Source: a virus
IMG/VR virus record: IMGVR_UViG_3300028571_000001
DNA: 43,291 bases
Strand: one strand, 5' to 3'
Shown in pieces: positions 1-8,026 of this stretch. The notes under the pieces are model-generated. The model did not search any database. It was not told the DNA's origin and saw nothing but the letters and a program-made list of their open reading frames with translations. The translations under genes and the position numbers were made by a program. The stretch's first letter is position 1. Every line of letters begins with the position of its first letter.

Positions 1-127
1 AAGGGTGCGTGTTCTTGCCAGCGATACTTTCAAATTCGATGCAGCAGTTCAAGGAGTTCAAGCTGTTGCGGCTGCTTTTGCAGGGGTGCAAGGAGCAATT
101 GCTTTGTTTGGTGCAGAAAGTGAAGAA
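1..127. repeat. Terminal direct repeat, copy 1 (identical to 43165-43291)
   Basis: Bases 1-127 (aagggtgcgtgttcttgcc...gcagaaagtgaagaa) recur exactly as the last 127 bases of the window. Both copies lie inside one continuous reading frame. Confidence 0.95.
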
Positions 128-1957
128 GTAAATAAGGCTTTATTAAAAGTTCAAGCATCATTAGCACTTGTTGCGGCGGCGCAGGAGTTTGCAAATTTGG
201 TGACGGGAAAAGGAGCATTAAAGTTGGCTATTGCTTCGGCAGCGAATGAATTTTTTGCAGTAACTTTAAGTGGAAGTTCAAGGGCTTTAAAATTATTTAG
301 CAATGCATTAGCTGTAACAGGAATTGGAATACTAATTATTGGCATAGGAGCGGCAATATCAATTTTAAAGGATTTCTTTGATGCCACAGAAAAATCAAGT
401 GCAGGGCTTCGTGCATTACAAGCACAGAATACTGAGTTTACTAAAAAGATAATTGAAGCGCAAGATAATTTAGATTTAGCACTTGGTAAAATTACTCAAA
501 GGCAAGCCGATAGAAGGGCGGCTGAAAGAAAGTTTGCTGAAGAATTTACAAACCTTCAAATTGCTAATGCTAAAAAGTTAAAAGATAATGAAGAGGCATT
601 AAAAAAAGCTAAAGAGTTGGGATTTTTAGCCACTGCAACAGGCGGCTTATTAGCAAATCTAGCGGTTGACCAACAAGTAAAACTAGAGGTTGAAAGATTG
701 AAGATAATTAAAGAGGCTCAAACAAGTGAAGAATTAGCGCGCAAGGAATTTAGGTTACAAAGAACAGCAGCAGAAATTGAGGCTAATAAGCAGGAGCAAA
801 AAAGAATTTTAGATGCGAATAAAAAAGAAATTGAAGATACTAAGAAAAAAGAAATTCAAAAAATACAGATTGAAAGCACTTACCAAACAATAAGAGGTGA
901 ACTTATTGTTGCTCAATCAAACAAAAGATTTGCTGATGTTGCTGTATTGGAAGCAGAATTGGATGTTTTACGTAATAAAGATTCAATTGAGGCGCAAAAA
1001 AATCTTATAAAAGCTAAATTAAAGGCTGATTTACTAGGTTATGAATTAGAATTTGACGCGGCAAAGCAAGCGAATGTTGATTTGGAGGCGGCAAAGGCTA
1101 CATATTTAGTAAATATAAAATTAGCCGAAGAAAAAGCCTCGCAAGATACAATTGCATTAACCCAAGAGACTAATAAAAAGATTTTAAAATCTGATGAAGA
1201 ATTAACTATAAGCCAAATCGGATTAATTGAATTAAGAAGACGCGCAAGGGAAAAGGAAGCAAATGCCGCACTAGATATTTCTAAACAAATAGTAACAGAA
1301 TTGTTTGAATTTGGCGCACAGCTAAATGCGAATTCTATTGCTGATTTAGAGGCAAGTAAAGAAAAGGAGTTGCAGGCTGCTGGAGATAATGCAGCCAAAA
1401 GAAAAGAGATTGAAGAAAAATATTTAATTGAAGTAAGGAAACTACAGCGTAAACAAGCGATTTCCGATAAAGCGCAGGCATTGTTTAACATCGCAATAAA
1501 TACGGCAACGGCAATATCTAAGGCAATCCCCAACCCCGCATTAGTTGCATTAGCTATTACATTAGGTGCTATCCAAGCAGCGACAGTTGCAGCGCGTCCA
1601 ATTCCAAAATTTGAAAAAGGTGGATTGGTTAAAGGTGCGCGTCACTCACAAGGTGGTGTATTGGCTGAATTAGAAGGCGAAGAATACATTACAAACAGAA
1701 ACGCAACAAGAAAAAACCGCGCACTACTTGAAGCAATTAATACAGGCAAAGAAAAAGAATTTATTTACAAACGTTTTCAAGTCCCAATCATTCAAGCCTC
1801 ACAATCTGCATCAATAAATCAAAAGTTGAACGCTAAGTTAGATTCATCAAGAATGGAGCGCGAACTGCAAACAAGTAGAAAAGCTGAAAAGCAAAACACT
1901 AAAGAAATGATAAAAGCTATTGCAAACAACAAATCATTAAGAAGTACTTGGAACTAA
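2..1957 (+). CDS. Tail tape measure protein, C-terminal part (5' part is at 42617-43291 across the circular junction)
   Basis: The frame is open from base 2 and matches the stop-less ORF that starts at ATG 42617. The joined product is about 834 aa. It is Ala/Lys/Glu-rich and coiled-coil-like, with one hydrophobic stretch (VTGIGILIIGIGAAISIL). It follows a frameshifted chaperone pair and precedes tail genes. Confidence 0.8.
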   Translation, partial: RVRVLASDTFKFDAAVQGVQAVAAAFAGVQGAIALFGAESEEVNKALLKVQASLALVAAAQEFANLVTGKGALKLAIASAANEFFAVTLSGSSRALKLFSNALAVTGIGILIIGIGAAISILKDFFDATEKSSAGLRALQAQNTEFTKKIIEAQDNLDLALGKITQRQADRRAAERKFAEEFTNLQIANAKKLKDNEEALKKAKELGFLATATGGLLANLAVDQQVKLEVERLKIIKEAQTSEELARKEFRLQRTAAEIEANKQEQKRILDANKKEIEDTKKKEIQKIQIESTYQTIRGELIVAQSNKRFADVAVLEAELDVLRNKDSIEAQKNLIKAKLKADLLGYELEFDAAKQANVDLEAAKATYLVNIKLAEEKASQDTIALTQETNKKILKSDEELTISQIGLIELRRRAREKEANAALDISKQIVTELFEFGAQLNANSIADLEASKEKELQAAGDNAAKRKEIEEKYLIEVRKLQRKQAISDKAQALFNIAINTATAISKAIPNPALVALAITLGAIQAATVAARPIPKFEKGGLVKGARHSQGGVLAELEGEEYITNRNATRKNRALLEAINTGKEKEFIYKRFQVPIIQASQSASINQKLNAKLDSSRMERELQTSRKAEKQNTKEMIKAIANNKSLRSTWN

Positions 1958-4011
1958 TGCCTATTCAATTTTTCATTAACGGACAAGAGTATGAAGACCC
2001 ATTAAATTGGAGGGATTTTACTATTAAGTTACAGCTTGATAAGCAAATTAATGCTGTTGTTACAACTTATGATATTGATTTAGAAATGGGAGGCGATGCT
2101 TACCAATACTTAACAAATATAAGAGTTAATGGGAGTTATTGTGAGCCAATTCCAGTGCTTATAAAGTACAGTTGTAATGGAATAGGCTACATAAATTTGG
2201 TTGAAGGGAATATTTTTATTACCGAATGCAAATTTAATTTAAGTCGGTGTACAGTTGCAACACGGGTATTTGATAAGACTTTTTCAAGTTACATTAACAC
2301 AAATAAGAACGTAAAATACATTTCAGACGCGCTATTTACAAAGGACTTAGTGCCAATGATTGCCCCACCAATAAGTATTGTTGAAATGTTTATTCCGAGT
2401 AACGGTGCAACTTCTGCTAATATTATTTTTGGAATAAAAGTATTTGATTATTTTACAAAAATTATTGAGTTTATTTCTAATGGAACAGTAAATTTTGTTT
2501 CAAATTTTTTTCAGAATGATGCAATTGGAAAAGAACACATAATTACCTCTGGACTTGCTTTGCGCAATAACGTTTCAACACCTTTCACATCTTCATTTGC
2601 TGATATGTTTGAGGTGTTTAGAAGTAAGTATAATTTAGGGATGGCTTTTTCTACAATCAACGGACAACCAACATTGCAAATTGAAAAAGTATCTGACTTG
2701 AATCAAGACCAGCTCTCAACAATTATAAATGAAGTTGACCCTGTATTTTTAAATTATGAGATACCTCAACTTTTTAACAGAATTGCACTTGGCAATAGAA
2801 GTATTTTAGAACAATTCCAATCAAGCAATCCAAATGTCTATTTACAATTTCCTCAGTCAAGGTTTAGAGGATTTAGAGAAGAATCATTTTTTGTTGTTGG
2901 CCAATGTAACATTGATAATGCTTACGATGCCTTTAACGAAACTGAAGTTATTGTTTGCCCAAATGTTATTGAAGATACATTTATAAACAATAACACTTCT
3001 TACGACCTTAATCCAATTATAATTCAGACCGAAGATATTGACACGGCTCCAAAAGCAAAAAGAACAGACCCTTATTTTATAAATCAAACTGTTTATAATG
3101 GTGGCTTAACAAATGCAATATCTTCATTAAATGCAATTGGAGGTGTTCCAAATAGTGTGATTTCAACCAATGATGGTTATCCTGATACGGACTTGGAATT
3201 TTTCACAGACATGAACGTTCCGCCGCCGTTTAACACGCCTTGCAGTGAATCAGACCCACCTGTGGATGCTTTTCCTATGCTTATGCCTGCTGGAGTTGGA
3301 TTAATTGAGTTTGGTAACGATGCTTTTTACACGGAAATTACAGGGCAAAATATACCATTTGGCGATGTTGTAACTGATGTTGGATTAAACTATGACCCAA
3401 TATTGTTTAGATGGAAGGCTCCAGATGTTTGTAATATTGTTTTTAGGGTAAGATTGAACGTTTTAAAAGACCCTTGTGCAATTGCTTTTCAAATAATTGT
3501 AATAAAAATTTGTTTAAGAATTTACGATGCTGGAGGTAATATTGTTTTTACCATAATTGGAGGTCCTGTATTTTACACACCATTATTAGCTCCTTTGAAC
3601 TTTCAGCTAGAACAATTTTTCCCTTTAGTACCTTTAGAGGGTGGTTTTTCAGTAGGAGTTGATGTATTGGCAAATAAAGCATTCGATGATGATGCGGCTT
3701 TGTATTTTCAACCTACAATTGATGATTTTGGGGTAGAATTTTTTAGCGACTTTACATCTGCAATTTATATTGCAGTATCTCCAAATGATTTACCTTTGTA
3801 CGACCCTGCAACTAGAAAAACACTTTCTTATGGATTTGAACAGCCTATTTCTTTTGAGCAGGTGCAACTATTAATCAATAACCCTTCAAAAAGAGTAGAT
3901 TTCACCTATGGATTCATTCAACTTATTAAAGGCTCTGGCTATATCGACACGGTACAAATTAATAACCTCGATAGCTTTGAAACTAATTTTAAACTTCTTA
4001 CTAATCAGTAA
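1957..4011 (+). CDS. Tail tip / distal tail protein candidate (function from position only)
   Basis: Long ORF. ATG 1957 overlaps the tape-measure stop (TAATG); the track start at 1948 is a TTG extension. It lies immediately downstream of the tape measure. No motif recognised. Confidence 0.55.
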   Translation: MPIQFFINGQEYEDPLNWRDFTIKLQLDKQINAVVTTYDIDLEMGGDAYQYLTNIRVNGSYCEPIPVLIKYSCNGIGYINLVEGNIFITECKFNLSRCTVATRVFDKTFSSYINTNKNVKYISDALFTKDLVPMIAPPISIVEMFIPSNGATSANIIFGIKVFDYFTKIIEFISNGTVNFVSNFFQNDAIGKEHIITSGLALRNNVSTPFTSSFADMFEVFRSKYNLGMAFSTINGQPTLQIEKVSDLNQDQLSTIINEVDPVFLNYEIPQLFNRIALGNRSILEQFQSSNPNVYLQFPQSRFRGFREESFFVVGQCNIDNAYDAFNETEVIVCPNVIEDTFINNNTSYDLNPIIIQTEDIDTAPKAKRTDPYFINQTVYNGGLTNAISSLNAIGGVPNSVISTNDGYPDTDLEFFTDMNVPPPFNTPCSESDPPVDAFPMLMPAGVGLIEFGNDAFYTEITGQNIPFGDVVTDVGLNYDPILFRWKAPDVCNIVFRVRLNVLKDPCAIAFQIIVIKICLRIYDAGGNIVFTIIGGPVFYTPLLAPLNFQLEQFFPLVPLEGGFSVGVDVLANKAFDDDAALYFQPTIDDFGVEFFSDFTSAIYIAVSPNDLPLYDPATRKTLSYGFEQPISFEQVQLLINNPSKRVDFTYGFIQLIKGSGYIDTVQINNLDSFETNFKLLTNQ

Positions 4012-4015
4012 CGCA

Positions 4016-5665
4016 ATGGCATTCACTCCAATAAAAAATCAGCCTTTCATTTTTAATCAAGTTATACCTTGTTATGTTGACCAGCAGCCATACAAGTATG
4101 AAGTCTTAAACAATGATACTAATCAAATTAGTTTTGAGTTAACACCATGCGAAGGGGTAGAGCCAAACTTATTTAATACAATTTCTGCGGGTGAAGGATG
4201 GACAGTTGATGACCAAATTTACACTTCATCAGGTGGTACGGGAACAATAACTTTAACATTTGATGCTAACCTAAACAGTGAATTACTTTGGAAGATAACA
4301 TTTAAGGTTGAGGAATTAACCGCAGGAAGTTTATTATTCAGCGTAAGTGGTTGGGGTTCTTACACAATTACAAGTAATGGGATATTTGAGTTTTATATTA
4401 CCACGGCAACAAGCACAACAAACATAAATATCACATCACAAGGTTTTGTAGGTAACATTTTACTTGAAAACTCTGGTACAATTAACCCATTGATTCAGCC
4501 CGTTAATACCTCAAACCTTGTTCATTTATTGGATAATGAAGATAATATTATTGACACTATTCCAACTACCATTTACGGCAACCTTGCACTTTATAATATT
4601 AATTGGAACGATTATGCAGCAGGATGCTACAAACTTGCTTACATTGATGGATGCACAGACTTTGCAGGAAGGTTTACGGGGATTTGTAATGGGATTCCAA
4701 CAGATGACTTAACGTGTTGGACAAATAATGGCATTGGCGGTTGGAGCGAGGACGATTCTTTCTTTTTTGAAGCTGATGGAGAAACGGGGGGGGTTGCTGT
4801 GCTTTCAAACGGTACAATTTTAGAAGCTGGCTACACTTACCAAGTGTCATTTGATTTATTTTCTATGAGCGCTGCGCAGTTTTATGTTACTTATTTAAGA
4901 GTAAATGAGACGGTTCAAGTTTTAGTTGGTCCATATTCAACGTTTGATTTGGGTGACCATTCATTTACATTTACACCTACTCAAAATGGCGTAATTCAAT
5001 TACAATTTGTTGCACCTTCTACAAGTTCTAAAGGTAAGATTAAAGATGTAGTTGTTGCCTTAACAGGACCATTCGATTATGATGGAATTACCCCTTGCAT
5101 TTGTATTGGAGGAGCGACTTGTAGCACATTAGAATTTAGCGGGTGTTTTGCTGACACGTTTGTTATGGAAGGGGTGATACTTGACAATCATTATCAACCG
5201 TCATTGAGATTAAATGCTTTGAATGGTTATCCGATTGCACGTTTATTTAAAAAGCAATACCTAACCGAGCAAATAAAATACAGAAGTTCATTAGGTAAGA
5301 ATCAACTTAACTTTTTTGATGTTCAAAACACTTACATTTTAAGAATTGAGCAGCAGCCAGAATTTATATTTGATTTCATTTTTAAGACTTGGGCAGGATT
5401 TGATAATATGCTTATTAACGGCTTGCCTTACCGTTTAAACTCTGACCAATTCCCAGTAATTGAATGGAGCGATAAAACAGGACTTGGAAGCGTAGATATT
5501 GAAGTCTTGCCGTTCCAAGAGCGCACAAGAAAAGTTTTATGCGGATTTAGAAATCAACTTTGTGAACCTTTAACACCTACCAATTTAAGCGGAATGCTTT
5601 ATGAGGATGGAGTAGGTAGATTGCTCGAAGATGGTGAAGGTATGGTTTATAATTTGGGGGAATAG
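4016..5665 (+). CDS. Tail tip / receptor-binding protein candidate (function from position only)
   Basis: ATG 4016 lies 5 nt after the previous stop; the track start at 3908 overlaps the upstream gene. 549 aa, beta-rich and Thr/Asn/Gly-rich, in the tail module. No motif recognised. Confidence 0.5.
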   Translation: MAFTPIKNQPFIFNQVIPCYVDQQPYKYEVLNNDTNQISFELTPCEGVEPNLFNTISAGEGWTVDDQIYTSSGGTGTITLTFDANLNSELLWKITFKVEELTAGSLLFSVSGWGSYTITSNGIFEFYITTATSTTNINITSQGFVGNILLENSGTINPLIQPVNTSNLVHLLDNEDNIIDTIPTTIYGNLALYNINWNDYAAGCYKLAYIDGCTDFAGRFTGICNGIPTDDLTCWTNNGIGGWSEDDSFFFEADGETGGVAVLSNGTILEAGYTYQVSFDLFSMSAAQFYVTYLRVNETVQVLVGPYSTFDLGDHSFTFTPTQNGVIQLQFVAPSTSSKGKIKDVVVALTGPFDYDGITPCICIGGATCSTLEFSGCFADTFVMEGVILDNHYQPSLRLNALNGYPIARLFKKQYLTEQIKYRSSLGKNQLNFFDVQNTYILRIEQQPEFIFDFIFKTWAGFDNMLINGLPYRLNSDQFPVIEWSDKTGLGSVDIEVLPFQERTRKVLCGFRNQLCEPLTPTNLSGMLYEDGVGRLLEDGEGMVYNLGE

Positions 5666-5729
5666 TTTACAATAAACAAACAACGCTCGCTTAAAAAACG
5701 TGCGCTTGCTATTGTATAATTATTTTCCT

Positions 5730-5737
5730 TATATTTG
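5730..5737 (+). promoter_or_regulatory. Bacteroidota-type -7 promoter motif TATATTTG
   Basis: TAnnTTTG match 70 nt upstream of ATG 5808. The downstream leader resembles the leader of the capsid gene (12069-12111). Confidence 0.55.
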
Positions 5738-5807
5738 CCCGTCCGATATTTGGTGCCGATTCTTCACAGCAAAAAAGAGAAGTTCAAAATTTTAATATTT
5801 TTTCAAA

Positions 5808-6356
5808 ATGGGAAATTGCGTAAGCTATTGCTCTTCTGAATTATTAGAACATGAATTAATTAATTGTGAAGCATACGTTGAAGGCGCATCTTCTGCAATT
5901 GTAATCGGTTCATGTGCTTCGGATTTAGTTGACCCTTCAGATGGGACGGCAGTGTTAGCAGAAATTGCGGCAGGTCGTGCAAGATTGATAAACAATGTAC
6001 GTGTTGACATTCCGCTTCCAAGCGCAGTGTTAGCAGATTCGCCTGTTGGCGGAGGCGCACAGATTCCTACAACTTATGACCGTACAATTAATTTATTTGA
6101 TGCAAATGTTACCACCGAAAACGTTGACTTTTACAATCAGGTAAAAAATGATCGTATTGGATATATAATTGTAAAAGAATTTGGTGCAAATCGTGTAACA
6201 TTTATTTCTCCTACAAATGGATTAGGAATTAAATTTAGCGGTGGTCGTATTATTCCTGCAACAAAGACTGAATTCCAAAGATTCGAGTTGATTGGTGCTT
6301 GGAGTGAAAAAGACGATGCGGGAATTTTTCCAACACCTGCGGGAGTATTTAGTTAG
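5808..6356 (+). CDS. Hypothetical virion protein; candidate major tail (tube) protein
   Basis: 182-aa ORF bracketed by its own promoter motif and a strong hairpin terminator, the same architecture as the capsid gene. No family recognised, so the tail-tube idea is inference only. Confidence 0.3.
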   Translation: MGNCVSYCSSELLEHELINCEAYVEGASSAIVIGSCASDLVDPSDGTAVLAEIAAGRARLINNVRVDIPLPSAVLADSPVGGGAQIPTTYDRTINLFDANVTTENVDFYNQVKNDRIGYIIVKEFGANRVTFISPTNGLGIKFSGGRIIPATKTEFQRFELIGAWSEKDDAGIFPTPAGVFS

Positions 6357-6360
6357 TATT

Positions 6361-6388
6361 GGGGGTGTTGAACCCCCTCTTTATTTTT
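6361..6388 (+). terminator. Rho-independent terminator
   Basis: GGGGGT (6361-6366) pairs with ACCCCC (6372-6377) around a 5-nt loop, followed by tctttattttt. Confidence 0.75.
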
Positions 6389-6410
6389 ATTGCCGCGAAT
6401 TATTTTTATT

Positions 6411-7301
6411 ATGACTACATCAATTATCTTAATGGCATTTGGGAAAAACGGCTACTACTTTGCGGCCTATAACCTTGCATTTTCCATTAAAGAACAAGGT
6501 TGTACAACCCCAATACATTTGATTACCGATTCTTATGAGAAATTGGCTAAGAATATTGGTGAGCGCATTAATGTTTTTGATTTGATTGTTGAAATTGAAC
6601 CGCAACACTTCAAAGTTGGTGAACCAGCATTTGCAAAATTAAACTTACATCATTACATTACAACTGACCGCGCGCTCTATTTAGATGTTGACGCGGTTGC
6701 AGTTAAAGACATTTCTCCTTTAATTAAATTGTTAGAGGACGCAAACAAGCCGTATATTTCGCATACAGTAGGGTATCACACAATTGATAAAGGTAACGAT
6801 ATTCCATCAATGCAATGGGCTTGGGCTAATGACATTTGGAATCAATATGCGCTTCCAACAGATGCTGTGCTTCCCGCAATAAACTCTTCGCTTGTATTTA
6901 TCAACAGAGTTGGAGCAGAACCAATCTATAAAAAAGCATTGGAATTATACGCAAATCCAATACCTGTTAAAAAATTACGCATGCCGTGGGGAGGTTCTCA
7001 GCCTGATGAACTATACATGAACATTGCCTTGTCGATTTGTAATATTGACCCATCACTTGACGGCAAAGGAAACGATGATAAGACGGGAGTAATTCATTTT
7101 GCAATGAAGCGCACGTTAACCACGGTTGAGGTAAGAGAACGTTTTTATTTACAATCATATTACGGCGGCATTGGATTTACCAATTCATTTTACACAAATT
7201 GGTGCGATAAGATATTGCGTGATTTACACTCAGCAAAAGGATTAAAACATGACTTTACAATGAATCATATTTTAAAAGATAAACACGCAAATAAGAAATA
7301 A
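6411..7301 (+). CDS. Glycosyltransferase, GT-A fold, GT8-like
   Basis: N-terminal Rossmann-like start (TSIILMAFGKNGYYFAAYNLAFSI). DxD motif in the typical GT8 context (ALYLDVDAVAVKDISPL). ATG 6411 is preferred over the TTG 6390 track start. Confidence 0.6.
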   Translation: MTTSIILMAFGKNGYYFAAYNLAFSIKEQGCTTPIHLITDSYEKLAKNIGERINVFDLIVEIEPQHFKVGEPAFAKLNLHHYITTDRALYLDVDAVAVKDISPLIKLLEDANKPYISHTVGYHTIDKGNDIPSMQWAWANDIWNQYALPTDAVLPAINSSLVFINRVGAEPIYKKALELYANPIPVKKLRMPWGGSQPDELYMNIALSICNIDPSLDGKGNDDKTGVIHFAMKRTLTTVEVRERFYLQSYYGGIGFTNSFYTNWCDKILRDLHSAKGLKHDFTMNHILKDKHANKK

Positions 7302-7309
7302 AATAACGA

Positions 7310-7867
7310 ATGGAACTAAGCAGCGAACAGGTTAAGGCAATGGCAAAAGAAGTTGAGGGGGGCGAGCGCCACTTATGGAATAGCGAACCCGAAGTTTGTG
7401 AGTTTATAGGGGCTTTAGTTGCTATGATTAAACCTAAACGTGCGCTTGAAATTGGTGTTTTTCAAGGTGAAACAAGTGTAAAAATCATTGAAAATATGCC
7501 GAAAGATTCATATTTTGCAGGCGTTGACATTGAAGATTTTCGCACTCATAATTGGGCGGGCACTCAACATAGAGGTAGTGCATTTGATTTTATAAAAGGT
7601 AGTTCATCCGATTCCTCCACCTACAAAGGATTTAGCGATAAATTTGATTTTATATTTGTAGACTCAATGCACCATTGGCAGCACATTTTACCTGAATGGA
7701 AGATTGTTGAAAAGTGGCTTGCACCTGCGGGTGTAATTGTATACCATGACACTCATCATATTGAAGACGTTGCAAGGTTAATGGAATATATTGAAAATTA
7801 CGGATACAACATAATTAAACTACAAACACCCTATAATAGAGGATTAACTTTAATAACAAAAGCATAG
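7310..7867 (+). CDS. Class I SAM-dependent methyltransferase (O-methyltransferase-like)
   Basis: Motif I ALEIGVFQGETS. An acidic FIFVDSMHHW segment and GVIVYHD match the small O-methyltransferase / Methyltransf_24-like pattern. Confidence 0.6.
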   Translation: MELSSEQVKAMAKEVEGGERHLWNSEPEVCEFIGALVAMIKPKRALEIGVFQGETSVKIIENMPKDSYFAGVDIEDFRTHNWAGTQHRGSAFDFIKGSSSDSSTYKGFSDKFDFIFVDSMHHWQHILPEWKIVEKWLAPAGVIVYHDTHHIEDVARLMEYIENYGYNIIKLQTPYNRGLTLITKA

Positions 7868-7869
7868 AT

Positions 7870-8025
7870 ATGTCAACTAAAAAGAAACCTAAACGCCCAA
7901 GAGGCAATTACAAAGCACCAATAAACCGTTTATTTTACAACTGTGGCGGCAAAAAAGGCGGCTGCAATTGGGCTGGTGCTACTGAAAGCAAGACGCAAAT
8001 AAAAGTAATTGCTAAATTAAAGTAA
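7870..8025 (+). CDS. Small basic protein (51 aa), hypothetical
   Basis: ATG 7870 lies 3 nt after the previous stop and the stop at 8023-8025 abuts the next ATG (8027). Translation is MSTKKKPKRPRGNYK... It is below the length cutoff of the supplied track. Confidence 0.4.
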   Translation: MSTKKKPKRPRGNYKAPINRLFYNCGGKKGGCNWAGATESKTQIKVIAKLK

Positions 8026-8026
8026 A

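Noticed and set aside
1039-1533. Long antisense ORFs inside the tape-measure, MuF and scaffold genes (for example 1039-1533, 10260-10577 and 11078-11527 on the minus strand).
   Set aside because: They lie opposite Lys/Glu/Ala-rich coiled-coil coding sequence, whose reverse complement rarely yields stop codons. Their translations are low-complexity Ser/Phe/Ala strings. They have no promoter motif or sensible start context.
6390-6410. Upstream-extended starts in the supplied ORF track (1948, 3908, 6390, 18760, 20994, 38901, 41282, 41753).
   Set aside because: These begin at TTG or GTG codons, or at upstream ATGs that overlap the preceding gene or a promoter motif. A downstream ATG that abuts or minimally overlaps the previous stop gives a tighter and more typical phage gene junction.
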